Shown: positions 1-19,716, counted from the stretch's first letter. The stretch: 64,000 bases of DNA from Flaccisagitta enflata (GCA_965153355.1 OZ231126.1:15066001-15130000), one strand, 5' to 3'. Program-made: numbers and translations. Notes: generated by a model not told the origin, from the letters alone.

Positions 1-441
1 TCAACCAGGAACCATCTTCAGGGTGATTTTAGGAATTATACTATCATTGCAATCTGTACTTCGATTTTGCAATTTCTGTTTCTCTTATTCATACGTATGA
101 AAACTTGAAAGTCTCGCAGTAGCTCATAAAATTTTGCAACATCATTGCCGAGCAAAGTTCAATTTTGGCTTCTCAAGGCACCCTGGCAGGCTTACATTGG
201 GTGAATCGTCATAATTTCAAGATCTGCGACTCATCGAGAACAGTCGTGACCATTCGGTATGACGAAAGAAAGAATGAACGATCGAGTTCAAAACAGAAAT
301 CCATCGAAAAGGGTGAAGACACTGTTATAGAAACTTGTTGAGTCAAGAGACGAATCCATTCACTCTTTTTTTTAACAATAATCGGGAAACGAATGAATTC
401 CTGACTCGCTCATTCTCCGCGGCCAGCTCGCGCCAGAGTCA

Positions 442-553
442 TCACTCCTTTCCGACGATCAAAGAAGTCTCTTTCTCTTCGGAAGACTCGTAAATTTTCA
501 CTCCTTTCCGACGATCAAAGAAGTCTCTTTCTCTTCGGAAGACTCGTAAATTT
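442..553. repeat. Exact 56-bp tandem duplication at the INPP1 stop region
   Basis: TCACTCCTTTCCGACG...GACTCGTAAATTT starts at 442 and again at 498. Confidence 0.9.
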
Positions 554-3500
554 TCCGCGCGTCAGCCGATGCCAATCCATCCGAGGTCGAAGTCGTGGTT
601 TCCGGCAGCAACAAGTCACCCATGTCAATCATAACGTCCAATTGCTTGGACACGATCTCAGATTTGGTAACGGCGTCTTCAAAGTTTTTTCTCGTCAATC
701 CTTCGATAATGGAAGAGGAAGACGACCCGGAAAGGGGTGACGTGATGGAATTCAGCAGAGACGGCGACATCTGAGACTGAACCGGGAAAAGTGGGTAGTT
801 GGATTTATTTTCTTCTGACAGCTAATGTTTCTCCCTGGATCTGTTTCTTACCTTGACATCTTTCAAACTGCCAATCAACCAATTATCCATCAAGCCAATC
901 AACCATCCATCAAGCCAATCAACCAACCATCCATCAAGCCAATCAACCAACCATCCATCAAGCCAATCAACCAACCATCCATCAAGCCAATCAACCAACC
1001 ATCCATCAAGCCAATCAACCAACCATCCATCAAGCCAATCCACCAACCATCCATCAAGCCAATCCACCAACCATCCATCCATCAAACCAATAAACCAATA
1101 ATCCATCCATCAAGCCAATCCACCAATCATCCATCCATCAAGCCAACCAATCATCCATCCATCTATCAAGCCAACCAATCATCCATCCATCAAGCCAATC
1201 AACCAACCATCCATTCAACAAGCCAATTAACCAACCATCCATCAAGCCAATCAACCAACCATCTATCCATCAAGCCAATCAACCAACCATCCATCCATCC
1301 ATCAAGCCAATCAACCAACCATCCATCCATCCATCAAGCCAATCAACCGACCATCCATCCATCAAGCCAATCAACCAACCATCCATCAAGCCAATTAACC
1401 AACCATCCCAGCCAATTGACCAACCATCCATCAAGCCAATCAACCAACCATCAAGCCAAACAACCAACCATCCATCAAGCCAATCAACCATCCATCCATC
1501 CATCAAGCCAATCAACCAACTATCCATCAAGCCAAACATCCATCAAGCCAATCAACCAAGTCCTGTGCCAATCAACCAACTATTGTGCCAATCAATCAAC
1601 CAACCATTTTTCCAATGAGCCGTCGTAAACCTCTCCATTACTATTCCTTACTCTGAATCAAACTTTTTCACACAGCTTAGTCTTTCAGCAACATGATATC
1701 ACAGCACACCTGTCGCGAGTGAGATCGTCTATCCGACGGTGGTCTCGACAGCTGGCTTTGCTGCGATCGACTTCGTTGTTGTTGCTGCTGCTGCATTGTA
1801 GAGACGGGTTGAGAGGATGATCTTTGTGATTGCGAGCTCAACTGAGATTGGCTCCTCATTCGTTGCGACGCCTGACTGGCGTGGCTCAGTTCCGATTGAC
1901 AACGACTCGTCTCCAATAGGGGACGTAACATCGAAGCTAATCCGTTAGCATTAGATACGGCCAATAATCCCCCGCTGTTTTTAAACCGTTGCGCTCCTTG
2001 CTGCGAACAGAATGACGTAATTAGGAATAAAAGATGGAGGGTCACTTCAACGACATTAGAAACAGCGCGATACAGCTACCTTTAAATTGGGTTATGTACA
2101 GAGGCAATGAAAATACAATAAGAGGAGCAGCCAAAATCTCTAGCAACCCCCCCTGCAGCTGAAACAATTGATATTAAGTTAACTTTTAAGGTAGCAGCTG
2201 ATAACTTGTCCCAATATAATTCCCGCCATCGGGGCGATTTCTTCATTTCAACTTAGTTTTCCAGAAACAGCCTTTTAAAGGGTCAAAATCAACCATTTTT
2301 ACAAGCGTTGAATTTTGCCCCATTATGGCTATTATCTCAGATACTATGAAGAAATTGAAAAATCGCTTTGATAGCGGGAATTAAATTGAAATAAACTAGC
2401 ATCTACCATTTCATTCACCCCTGTTATATTCACAGTAAAAGCTGCAGGGGGGGTTGCTAGAGATTTTGCGGCTCCTCGCATTGTATTTTCATTGCAACTG
2501 TAAGCAAAGGAGTACTACTATTCGCACTAAGCTTTCTCCGTCTTAAGCGATACCTCTCCAGGTTCCTCCAGGTGATACTTGATCTCGAAGGCGTTCCCGC
2601 CGTTTTCGATCATTTCTCTGAGAAGTTCCTTGCTGCCGCCGGTGCCGCCGGTGGACGCAAATTGACGACATTTGTCAGCAATCTTTTGCCAATTGAAGAC
2701 GTTACCTCCTTTGGCCTTCAGTATGGCGTGGGCGGCGCAAGTGTCCCATCGATACGTCGTCGGTTTGGTGAGCAAATAGGCGTGAGCCAAATCGTCGCAA
2801 AGACAAAGAAGTTTGTAACCGGCGCCTGCCGCTCGAACGATGGTGAATTCTTTCCTAAAAGGCAAGAGGAGCGTCGAATCGCGCGAGTCTTCGGATCCGC
2901 CGATGAGGAGAACCTTCGAAGATGACAACGACGACGACGCGCCGACGCCGACGCTCATCGGAGGCGTGACGAAGGAGGCCGATGAAGGACCGGCGGAAGT
3001 GATAATACCAGAGGAATTCAACTGCGAGGGATGAAAAGGGTTTTAAGTTACGAGAACAGGTTAAAGATGTACTCTGTTTTTTATATAAGAATATCATTTT
3101 TTTTCGAAACCTTCAAAATAGATAGAGATAGCTAGTAAAAAAAAAACTACAACGTTCTCAATTTTAGGGCATTTTGAAGCCTTGATGTTCTTATTAACTA
3201 GGTTCTTAAAAAAAAAAAAGAGTATAGATGAAACTGACGACGTAAAAGCAGACGAGGGAGAAGCTTTAAAGCAGAGGGAGATGAGCAAATCACAGAGGAT
3301 GAAGATTGAAGAAGAAACAACAGAGGGAATGGAAGAATAGGGAATAGCAGAGGAAGGCAGAAAGGACCAAGAAGGTGAAGCAGAAATTGAGTTCAGTGGA
3401 AAAAAAAACCAGGGGTGTATAATGTTGAGTGGCATTTGATTTTATTCCCCCCCCTGCATTTGATTTTCTTCCCCGTGACGCGTCGCGTCGCATTTCAAAA

Positions 3501-5806
3501 TCTTTGATTTTTTCACCCTCAAAGCTATAATACAGTGTATTTTAGGTTTAAATAGTGTTAAATTGTGTTGTAGTAATTACATTTTACCTTTTGGTACTGT
3601 CAAAAGTGTTAAATCTTCAAAAATTTTCTTTTTTCTTTTTTTCAAGCATTTGATTTTCTTCCCCATCTCCAAACCATTTGATTTTATTCCCCCCCCCACG
3701 GGGGGGGGAATACTCAACATTATACACGCCTGAAAAAAACAGAACTACACGGCAAGAGAAAGGAAAGAATTAATTTGCATAGGAAGAGAGGGAAACAGCA
3801 GGCTAAGATGCGGAAACAGTGAGCAAGACAGGAGAGAGCAGAGAAGATGACAAGCCGTAGTCATGTACAGAGGAAGAAATAGTAGAAGAGGAAGTAGAAT
3901 GAGATAAAGTCCTTAGCGGGAGACTTTGAACAGAGGATTTACAACAACCGCATCAACAGAAGCAGCAGCAGAAGCAGCAGCAGCAACAGCAGCATTCACG
4001 ACTGAAATGGGGCTCACCTTGAGACCGTTGCTATCGTAACAAGATGATGTGGAATGCGTGGAATGATTCTTAATATCCTGACTCGTGTTGATATTATTGT
4101 TCATGTGCGAGGAAGAAGGAACGAGGGACGATGAGGAGGAAAAGTCTTCGCTGCCTTTCGATCCATTCCCACCTCGAAGGCTGTGAAAGGAGAAGGAGGA
4201 AGAATGAGGCGAAGAGGAAGAGACGTGAGGAGGGAGAGGGGCGCCGCCGGAAGCGTGAACTTTGATATCGCCGTAACAAACGCCCCAAGAGTAACGTTCC
4301 TGCCAGCAGGAAGTCGATTCGTTGGAGGGGTCGTCGTCGTCGTTATTATCGACGCCGGCGTCGATGACGTCATCGCCCAGATTCGTAACACTCGTTGACC
4401 GTCCGTTGTGATCACCCAATCCGCCACCTTCTTGCTCCACGTCCGAAGCCGCCGATACCAAATCGACGTCGTTCGAGTCCCGCGCCGCCGTAAAAAGCGG
4501 TCCATCGGCGCCGCATTCCTCCGCGCGAGGCGTCGCATCAGCGTCGTTATGTGAAGCGGAAGAAACGCCGCCGTCATTGTCCATCTCACTAGTCGTCGTC
4601 GTCGTCGTTACACTTTCGTTATATTTCGTTCGCGATAACGACGCCGACGCCGCCGCAAACTCGCGCTTTTCGCCGAAAGGTTGATAAATCACGCCCATGA
4701 TGGGCTCCCCGGTGATTCGATCGAAGATTCCGACCAACACGACAGCGGATTGGAGTCCTTTACAGACGACGCCGTGATGTCGAAACTTGTTGCCGTCGAC
4801 GCCTTTGATATATTCCGCCGTTGAGTCGATGGGGTCGATCCATATGCCCAAAGACTGCAGCGGAATGGGAGCCGATAAACGCGTGGCGTGAGATAGAAGG
4901 TCGTCGCGAGACGAGAAAGGGGCCGATGATGGATAAGATGAAGAAGAGTTCGCGGGACCGGCGGAGTTGGCAGTAGTAGTAGTAGTAGTAGTAGAGTTGT
5001 TATCGAGATTTACACCTGAATCATCGTCGGCGTGAATGACGTCGGCTAATTTAGACGCCAATTTTCGATTTCCGGCGAGGACTGATTCGAGATGATCGCG
5101 AGTCTCGTCGCGCGTGTTTCGAACTGAGACGGTCACTAGTTCACCGAGTGAATTGGTGAATTTGTTGCTCTCTTCGCCTGTTTTGATATGGGTAAAGGAG
5201 GGGGTAAGAAATGAAACTAATCACGTGTCAAGCTAAAAATCATTACGGAACGCCTCTAGTTGCTCTACTAGTTAGTAACTAGTAATTACTTTAGCTCCTT
5301 TCATATGTATAAATATATATCATTATATATTTACTCACCTAAAATATTCTCCAAGATGGGCGGAAATTTTTCTCCCAGATCCTTGCGAATTGTTTCCTGG
5401 ATAATAACGTCAGCCAGAGTTTTGAAGTCCTGAGCAAATCGTGAGTTCTTCGAGCTGCCAGTTTTTTCCTCCACCAGCTTTTGGAACATGCCACTGCGCT
5501 CGTCCCGAATCAAACGCGCGATGCTGGAATTGGAGGGAACAACAAGGAAAACAAATTTCAGAAGATCAAAAACTGAAAATCACGATTATGTACACGTCAA
5601 CGTAATCGGCTACCCAAGGAAGCAAACTAATGCTCAGGTCAAGTCTATAGAGAACTGACAGACACACTTTACGACTAACGATACTGCTTACTTTTACCCC
5701 GTAACCTAGACCATGCCACAATTCGAATATACCTGGATGCCTTTCTGCTGACACTAAGGACCTCACATAGCAGTTCAAAAATCGGAACTGACATCGACAT
5801 CGCCAT
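498..5806 (-). CDS. INPP1: Inositol polyphosphate 1-phosphatase, 6 exons (5806-5733, 5523-5339, 5177-4018, 3021-2554, 2000-1710, 770-498)
   Basis: GT-AG exons join in phase. Translation has INPP1 motifs: [73 protein letters not shown]. The last exon (770-498) is less certain than the rest. Confidence 0.93.
867..1610. repeat. Intronic minisatellite, ~24-bp unit CATCAAGCCAATCAACCAACCATC, degenerating 3'
   Basis: Directly visible; explains spurious ORFs 822-1628. Confidence 0.95.
2099..2500. mobile_element. Tc1/mariner-type MITE in INPP1 intron 4
   Basis: ~62-bp imperfect TIRs (CAGAGGCAATGAAAATACAA...GCAACCCCCCCTGCAGCT and its reverse complement), TA on both sides, extra internal inverted segments. 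Confidence 0.85.
3410..3732. mobile_element. hAT-type MITE in INPP1 intron 3
   Basis: 21-bp TIR CAGG(G/C)GTGTATAATGTTGAGT, 8-bp TSD AAAAAAAC, subterminal CATTTGATTTT repeats. Confidence 0.85.
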
Positions 5807-6799
5807 CTTTGAAAATTAGTTAGGGCTAAAAGCCTCCGATTTTAGCTCGTGTAAAAAGTCATGAAGCCTCATCACATTTTTACAGACGCCTGAAAAAAAA
5901 GAACTTTAACGTCATCTTAGAAAATATATGGAAAAAATATGTAGAGCACCGATAACTCGATGTTGTACATATCTCCATCGAAGATTCAAGAGATATAACA
6001 AGTTTGGAAGATTGCTAGTGGATTATTGGTCGCCAATACAGTAAATTAAATATAACTGAGTTCGTAATGCATAGCTCCAACTCTTGAGCAGTTAAAAGTT
6101 ACGTATAACGTTTGATGTAAATGTCAAAATCAAAACAAATGCTAGAACAGAATGAACAAATGCAAGCGGAAGACGGTCTTCAATAATTAATAGATCATGA
6201 GTGGATGGATTCGGTTTGAATTTTAAATTGCCTAGTTTTCAAAGAAACATCGATGTATGAGGTGAGGATAATGAAGATGACAATGGTGGTGGTGATGATG
6301 ATGATGAATAGAAAGGATGACGAAAGAAGTCAAAGTTGTTAGTCTTTAATTTTTTTGGTTTGCATGTTCTTATTGCAATTAAGATAGGCAAAAGAAATAG
6401 TGCAGTTATAGAATATATGAAGATTATTAATTGTTAACTAGCTTTAATAACAAGCCCGGTATGTCTATTATCGTCCTCAAACGTTTCCAAACAGTTCGCT
6501 CACTAAAAAGAACCGTGCACCAAGCGTGTACTTCAACATGCATAAAATGTGAAACGTAAATCATCAACTAAAAAGGGCCATGAGAGCTAAAAATGTAAAT
6601 CCATTTGATTCCTCTCGAATGTAGGCTCGCTCACGTACGCCCATATCTCGTTAGATCACAGAAGAGGGTAAATAATCTTGTTTTTCAATAAAAATCACGC
6701 GAATATGCACGTAACAAGGAATCACATTATTCATTGCCTCGCCGTGGCCATTTATGCATAGTAGATCCAAATGTATGGTATTTGTGTGAGCCGGTCAGA

Positions 6800-12208
<5,409 letters not shown>

Positions 12209-12364
12209 CTGCAAATAAGAAGATTTGCGTTGATCATCTCTTCAATCCATCCGTCCGCGTCCGTTCGTAGTAATTTCGTTAAATAGGGGGAGCAAAAACT
12301 ACTCAGCAATTCTTAGCATGGGGCTCCTTTTTTGGTCAGCGGCCCCGAAGGGGTCGATGAACTA

Positions 12365-13105
12365 CCCGTATTTCTTGTAATTAGCGCCCCGGGCGCTTTT
12401 GAAATTGAAATGAAATATAATTATTTGAAATCTGCGATTAGTGCCCCCTATTCATGCATGAGTAATGTTTACAGAGAGAAGGTTAATATAAGGTGTGAAC
12501 CCCCTGAAAACTGTAGCACCCCCCCCCTACAGCTCTAATCAATTAGATTATAGTTATTCCAAAGATAGAGAAAAAATGTTTATATTAGTACAAGTGGCGT
12601 CACCAGAGCGATTTTTCATTTTTGTTTTTTAAGTTAAAATATAGCTTAATAAACTAGTGAAATTAACTATTACTAAAAGTTAAAAAAATCAAGGTTTTTC
12701 TATTATAATCTGAGACTGGAATAGAAATTGCAAAATCACTCTGGTGGCGCCAATTGTATAGTCATAAGCTTTAGTTAGCAATGTTTAATTTATTATTTAT
12801 TGCTGTAGTTTGAGCTGTAAGGGGGGGTGCTACAGTTTTAGGGGGGTTCACATCTTATATTTCTCCTTCCTCTGTAGATAATAAAATTTTCATTTGTTGA
12901 CAATTTTTTTTACAATTAAAATCAGTAATTCACAAAACTTCCAATGAAGAAGGGGGAAACCCTCGAAATATAGGGGTGATTTTACTAATGTAATGATTTT
13001 ACAATGATTTTTTTTCTCAAAAAATCATTTTTATCATCAGTTCTTCCTGTCATTAAAAGGGGGGCGCTAATTAGAGGGGGGGGGCGATAAATGCAAGAAA
13101 TACGG
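12365..13105. mobile_element. pogo/Tigger-like MITE inserted in a HINE-like repeat
   Basis: TIR CCGTATTTCTTG / CAAGAAATACGG flanked by TA; same family as 19717-20051. Confidence 0.75.
12472..12874. mobile_element. Tc1/mariner-type MITE nested in the previous MITE
   Basis: Long imperfect TIRs CAGAG..AAGG..AATATAAG.TGTGAACCCCC..AAAACTGTAGCACCCCCC, TA flanks; resembles 2099-2500. Confidence 0.8.
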
Positions 13106-15436
13106 TATGCTCCCACACGTAAGGGGAATTTTCTCCTTCTCCATCCGCCCCCTGACTCAAATCCGAGCCTCAAGGCGTAAATCTCAGTCTTGAAACCCAA
13201 ATTCCAGCCTCGAGGTCCAAATCCCAGCCTTGAGGCTCAAATTTCAGCCTTGAGGCTCAAATCCAGCCTTGAGGCCTGTATCTCTGCCAAAAGGCCCAAA
13301 TCTCAGTAATAAAGCCCAAATGCCAATTGCTAGGAGGAGGAGAAAATTCCACATATGAGTCATCAAACCCTTTGGGGCATCCTTCATGCTCCCTCCCTCA
13401 ACTTCAAGCTTTCTTCCTATGAAGTGTGAATCCATGTTCAAACAAGGCCAACACCTCACAGTCGCGTGCGGTTGTTAAGACCGTTAGACCATTAAACCAA
13501 AAGACTTAAAGACTAAAAGACCAAAAGACCAAAAACTAAGAGACTAAATGTAAATTGACTTAAATTAACTTTAAATAGCTTTAAATGACTTAAAATCACT
13601 TAAAATGGCGTAAAACGACAAAAAAAAGCAAAGTGTTTCCGACGGACCAACGGACCGACAGACAGAAGGTTGTAGAGTCGCGTGCACGCGACTAAAAAAG
13701 ATGTTGTACAAGCATTTTGTCGGACACAGAAGAGGGCCTGATGACCCTGGTTACCAATAAACGCGGATTTCGCCGACCGGAAAAAAGTCAACCTGAGATT
13801 TTTTTTATTTGTCATGGACATGTTTGTCCATCAATCTGTTGATCAATTTGTTCATAATGCTTGAGTTGAAAAATGTAAAAATGTGCCTTTTAGGTGTGCG
13901 TTTGTTTGTGTGTATGTGTATGTGTGTGTGAATGTACATATGTGTGTATAGCCGGTGATATTAAATACCACTTCCCACAATGTTTAAGCCTCATGTTACT
14001 TGATCTTCTTTTTTTCTCTTTTGGAAATTCATACATGCAAAACCCTTTTAAATACTAACTGCTTCACTGCATTTCTAGCTAGCAAGCTCAATAAATCAGG
14101 AAGAGATTACATCAATTTTTTAGTTGATTTTTGGCTTGTTTTGAGCCACATGGGCAGGCTTGCAGCATTCTGAAACCAACAGGTGTATACACTCTTTTGC
14201 TAGCATGCATTTTGATCACCGAGGACATTTTAGACCTTAAATATCATTCAATTAACGATATTCTTTATTTTTAGGAAATATGCAAAAAAATGTTTTAAAA
14301 ATTAAAAAATCATAACTTGAAAAATATTCATCATAAAGACCTCCGGTTGGCGCCGTTTGAATGAAAAAAATTAACTATTTGTAAACTGTGAATATCAAAA
14401 TGTATACTCCTAGCCCAAAAACGGCACAACGCTTGCTCCCTTACATTTCAAAAAGCCAAACTGTGTAATTCAACTTTTTCAATCATTCTGCCCCAGATTT
14501 TCTGTTTTCCAGTTTTAGTTACGGACACTATTAGAGCCGCATTCAGAGGCATTGTCTGTCCATCGGTCCATCGGTTGGTCCATGATGGTCGAATTGAAAT
14601 GTGTGAAAACACATTTGTAATATTTCAGTTAGGATTGTCTGTGTGTGGGATGGGGGTAGTGCGGATAGGGGTTGTACACGAATCACAAAAAAAAAGCCGT
14701 ACCCTGTTTTGAGTGGAAGAGACAAAAAAAATCATTTTTACTGATTTCTAAGATTTTTGAATTTTCTTTCAATCTAGACCAATCTCAGGTCTGTATCTCA
14801 AACCATTTAGAAGCTAGAGCTTCTCAATGTGAACCTCTATTTTGGAAAAATAATCATTTTTCAATAGGATTGCAAAACTGCAAACGACAATGTTTCCACT
14901 CTTTTTTATGCCAAGTTTAAACTAAAAAAGCTAAAAATACCAGATTGGAGCCAAATGGAAGTTCTCTTTAAGAGCTTCAAAATGGTCTAGGATTTTTCTT
15001 ATGTTGAAATTCAATATGATAAATAGTGTTTTAAAAGTGCAGCTTTTTTTATTGATTCGCGTAGTGCACCCCTTCCATCCGTTCACCACGATCTTGTCTC
15101 AGTCTCATCTCTTGCAAAATGTCATACACTCAAAATGTCATACACTCATATCCGAAGAGGATATCTCTTGCCCTAGTTTTCCAGATCGAGCACTTTTTGC
15201 AAAACCTGGATACTGATGCCCATTTCCCTTTCTAGACCTCCGGTTTGGTACAGTAGATGTCGTCTATACTTGGAAATACGGGGGCCCTCATATCATAACT
15301 ACCATTTGTGTTAATGAAATGAAACTATGTGTGTATAATGCTTATGTCCTATAGGGTTGACAATGGGGTATGGCAGCTCTGTGGATAGAAAATTCTTTTG
15401 AATATTCTAAATCATATTTGCTCCACTAAAACAGCT

Positions 15437-15502
15437 GTCGGAGTTGGTCTAGTGGTTAAGTCACTTAACTTCAGATTTATCACAATCAGTTTATTTCTTT
15501 AA
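15437..15502 (+). pseudogene. 5' part of a degenerate tRNA-like sequence (3' part at 20713-20743)
   Basis: A-box-like TGGTCTAGTGG before the TTAA site; B-box GGTTCGAATCC just after the right TTAA. Confidence 0.5.
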
Positions 15503-16667
15503 CACTAGGGCATCCAACGACCGCTAGGTTTAAACTAGGAGTACTTGAACTTTTATTGTGGTTTCTGTTGGTCAAGCCCATGTGGGATCCATGGCAATTG
15601 ATTGCAAAATTTTTCCAGGACAAAATTTTTTTAAATTTCAATTTTTTTGTGGGTGGGTGGTACAGGCCATTTTCATCCTTTACCATCAGAACAAGGTAAC
15701 TTCTTAAGCAGTTATCTCCTAAACGAATCAACAAATTGACCTCAACTTGGGCTCATTTTAAAGAGGAGACTCAGCTCTTTAAAATGAGCCCAAATTGAGC
15801 TTAATTGCTCGATTCGTTTAGGAGCTACAGTCCTCCGAAGTTGATGTTGTTTTAAGCCTTTACCATCAAAACAAGGTAAGTTCTATAGCATTTATTTCCT
15901 AAACGAATCAACAAATTGACCTCAACTTGGGCTCATTTTAAAGAGAAGACACAGCTCTTTAAAATGAGCCTAAATTGAGCTTAATTGCTCAATTCGTTTA
16001 GGAGCTACAGTCCTCCAAAGTTGATGTTATTTTAGGCCTTTACCATCAGAACAAGGTAACTTCTAACGAATTTATCTCCTTAACGAATCAACAAATTGAT
16101 CAACTTGGGCTCATTTTAAAGAGGAGACACAGCTCTTTAAAATGAGCCTAAATTGAGCCTAATTGCTCGATTTATTTAGATACAACAGTCCTCCAAAGTT
16201 GATGTTATTTTCAGCCTTAACCATCAGAACAAGGTAACTTGTAATTTAGCTCTAAAGCATATTTCTCGTAAACAAATTGACAAATTGACCTCAACTTGAG
16301 CTCATTCTAAAGAGGAGACACAGCTCTTTAAAATGAGCCAAAACTGATCTTAATTGCTCAATTTGTTTATGTGGCAGCTTGGGACCTTAGGACTTAACAG
16401 CCAATTCCAAGCACGACATCAAATCTAAGAATGACCGCAGTGATGCAGATTCATGGTAGCAAATAGCAATGCTACGTGGCAGGCAAGACCCAAATTGCGG
16501 TAGATGCGGCAGGCGAGGAAAGGGAAGGCAATTAAAGGGGTAAAAAAGAAAGGAAAGAAGAATGAAAGTAAAGGGAAAGATTATCTTGTGGAAACAAGAG
16601 AAAGAAAGAAAGTAAGAGAAAGAAAGTAAGAAAGAGAGAAAGAAAGACAGACAGACAGAAACACAGA

Positions 16668-17428
16668 AACCAGTCGCCCAAGGGCAATATGTGGTCAGCG
16701 ATACCCGTTGCCCTGCTTAGTAAGTTGGTGATTGTAGGTGATGGGTAGCAGGGCAGCGGCCCCGAAGGAGACAATGTCCTGTAGAACACAGGGGGACTTT
16801 CATTCGTTCGTCCATCCGTCCGTCCGTCCGAGCGGGCCTCGAGGCTGGGATTTGAGCCTGGAGGCTGGGATGAGCCTGGAAGCTGGCATTTGAGCCTGGA
16901 GGCTGGATTTTGAGTGTGAAGGCTGGCATTTGAGCCTGAAGGCTGGGATGTGAGCCAGGAGGCTGGGATTTGAGCCAGGAGGCTGAGATTTGAGCCAGGA
17001 GGCTGAGATTTGAGCTTGGAGGCTGGGATTTGAGCCTGGAGGCTGTGATTTGAGCCTCAAGGCTGGGATTAAAGCTTTGAGGCTGGGATTTGAGCCTCGA
17101 GGCTGGGATTTGAGCCTCGAGGCTGGGATTTGAGCCTCAACGCTGGGATTTGAGCCTCAAGGCTGGGATTTGAGCCTCAAGGCTAGGATTTGAGCCTCAA
17201 GGCTGGAATTTGAGCCTCAAGGCTGGGATTTGAGCCTCAAGGCTGGGATTTGAGCCTTGAGGTTGGGATTTGGGCCTTGAGGGTGAGATTTAGGCCTTGA
17301 AGCCGGGATTTGAGCCTTGAGGCGGGGGGGGGGGACGGACGCACGGACGGACGGACGGACGGACGAACGAACGAAAGTCCCCCTGTGTTCTACAGGACAT
17401 CGTCCCCTTCGGGGCCGCTGCCCAAAAA
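16668..17428 (-). mobile_element. HINE/DINE-1-like element in the left foldback arm
   Basis: Subterminal inverted repeats, (GTCC)n tracts, 20-bp GGCTGGGATTTGAGCCTCAA minisatellite, terminal hairpin TTGCCC-TT-GGGCGA; absent from the right arm. Confidence 0.75.
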
Positions 17429-17919
17429 GGAACATTCTAAATTTAGAGACAGAATGATAGAATCAATAGTGAGTAAAAGCTGCAGCAGCTCTTGAGAGAC
17501 CAATTCTGCTACGCGACAGCTTGCAGAATCTTCATCTCTGAACGTCGTTCAGTGAACGACTGCAAAACTAAGCATGACAGCTTTTTAACTGATTTGCCTT
17601 GATTTCTATGCTTTCTCAGCCAATATTAAAAAAAAGTCGCAAAAGTGTTAGATGGTCAGCAGTACCAATTGCCCCTATGTGAGTGTATGTGGGTGTGAGG
17701 GGCTGATGACCTAAGCTTAGTAAGTCTCAGGGATTTTGGCCTCAGAACTGGAATTTAGTCCTCAAAGCTGGGCCTTAAGGCTTGAATTTGGGCTGCAAGG
17801 CTGGAATTTTGGCCTCAAGGCTGGATCTAGGGCCTCAAGGCTGGGTTTTAGGCTTCAAGGCTGGGATTTTGGCCTCAAAGTTGGAATATGGGGCATAAAG
17901 ACTGGGATTTAGCCTCAAG

Positions 17920-18121
17920 CAGGGCTGCAGAAAGTGGCCGAGCACGCGAGCGGCGCTCGTAGGAAGCAAGCAAGGCCAGTAGGAAGGAAGAGGCAGGCGG
18001 AAGAAAAAAATGAATGAAAAAAAAAAGGATTGAAAAAGAGAAAGGGATGAAAGAAATGAAGAAACACAAAAGAAGATTTGTGACTGTCTGTCTTTCTATC
18101 TTTATCTGTCTCTCCAATATT

Positions 18122-18209
<88 letters not shown>

Positions 18210-18668
18210 AGATTCTTTAAAAACAGAAAAGAATAGCAACACCAGATTGGAGCTAAATGAAAGTACTTAAAAATTTTGAAATGGTACAGAATCTAATGAG
18301 CTTTTAAAAAGATTTATTGGCAAAATGAACCATTCAAAAGGGAGTCTTTTTATAGCTGTGCAATAGAACTTTTTCTAATTCATTGATAAAATGAATTGAA
18401 TATGCATTGATTTGATAGAAATTTAATGAAAATTTAGCCAAAAAAGAATAATAAAAGTTATGCATAAATCTTGTTCCTAATCTAATGTGAAAACTTCTGA
18501 TAGATTGAAATACATTTCTTTTCACTATGCCAGTGATACAGTACATCAATTCATCAAAAACTTCAATATTCAACAATCAAACTGACGTGAAAATCCTACG
18601 CACTTCAATAGGAAGGTAGACACTGGCAAATTGCGCTTGTAGGAAGCAAAATATTTTCTACAGCCCTG
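17920..18668. mobile_element. hAT-type MITE
   Basis: TIR CAGGGCTG(C/T)AGAAA, 8-bp TSD GCCTCAAG, inserted in a minisatellite. Confidence 0.85.
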
Positions 18669-19716
18669 GCCTCAAGGCTCGGATTTAGCCTCAAGGTTGG
18701 GATTTGGCCTCAAGGCTAGAATTTGGCCTCAAGGCTGGGATTTGGCCTCAAGGCTGGGATTTGGCCTCAAGGCTGGGATTTGGCCTCAAGGCTGGGATTG
18801 GGCCTCAAGGCTGGGATTGGGCCTCAAGGCTAGGATTGGGCCTCACGGCTGGGATTGGGCCTCAAGGCTGACCATCTAACACTTTTGCGACTTTTTTTTA
18901 ATATTGGCTGAGAAAGCATAGAAATCAAGGCAAATCAGTTAAAAAGCTGTCATGCTTAGTTTTGCAGTCGTTCACTGAACGACGTTCAGAGAGGAAGATT
19001 CTGCAAGCTGTCGCTTAGCAGAATTGGTCTTTCAAGAGCTGCTGCAGCTTTTACTCACTATTGATTCTATCATTCCGTCTCTAAATTTGGAATGTTCTTT
19101 TTTTCTGTCTTTCTGTCTGTCTGTCCTTCTTTTTCTCTTTCTTACTTTCTTCCTCTTACTTTCTTTCTTTCTCTTGTTTCTACAAGATAATCTTAACCTT
19201 TACTTTCATTCTTCTTTCCTTTCTTCTTTACCCCTTTAATTGCCTTCCCTTTCCTCTCCTGCCGCATCTACCGCAATTTGGGTCTTGCCTGCCACGTAGC
19301 ATTGCTATTTGCTACCATGAATCTGCATCACTGTGGTCTTTCTTAGATTTGATGTCGTGCTTGAAATTGGCTGTTAAGTCCTAAGGTCCCAAGCTGCCAC
19401 ATATTGCTGGTCACGGGGGAGAAAATCAAAGGGGGGGGGTGATAAAATCTAAAGCCGCTCAATCATACATACCCCTGGAAAAAAAACTTTGGAGGGCTAT
19501 TACTCCTAAACAAATTGAGCAATTAAGGTCAGTTTTAGCTCATTTTAAAGAGCTGTGTCTCCTCTTTAAAATGAGCTCAAGTTGAGGTCAATTTGTTGAT
19601 TTGTTTACGACAAATATGCTTTAGAGCTAAATTACAAGTTACCTTGTTCTGATGGTTAAGGCTGAAAATAACATCAACTTTGGAGGACTGTTGCTCCCAA
19701 ATGAATTGAGCAATTA

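Noticed and set aside
822-1628. ORFs over the intronic minisatellite, and similar ORFs at 8.6-9.3, 10.1-11.9, 36.5-37.8, 40.3-43.4, 48.2-48.7, 55.7-56.3 and 63.6-63.9 kb
   Set aside because: Translations of simple repeats lacking stops, often open in several frames and both strands
15486-15734. Twin ORFs MLIRLGD... (also 20481-20768)
   Set aside because: Mirror products of the foldback arms, no domain evidence
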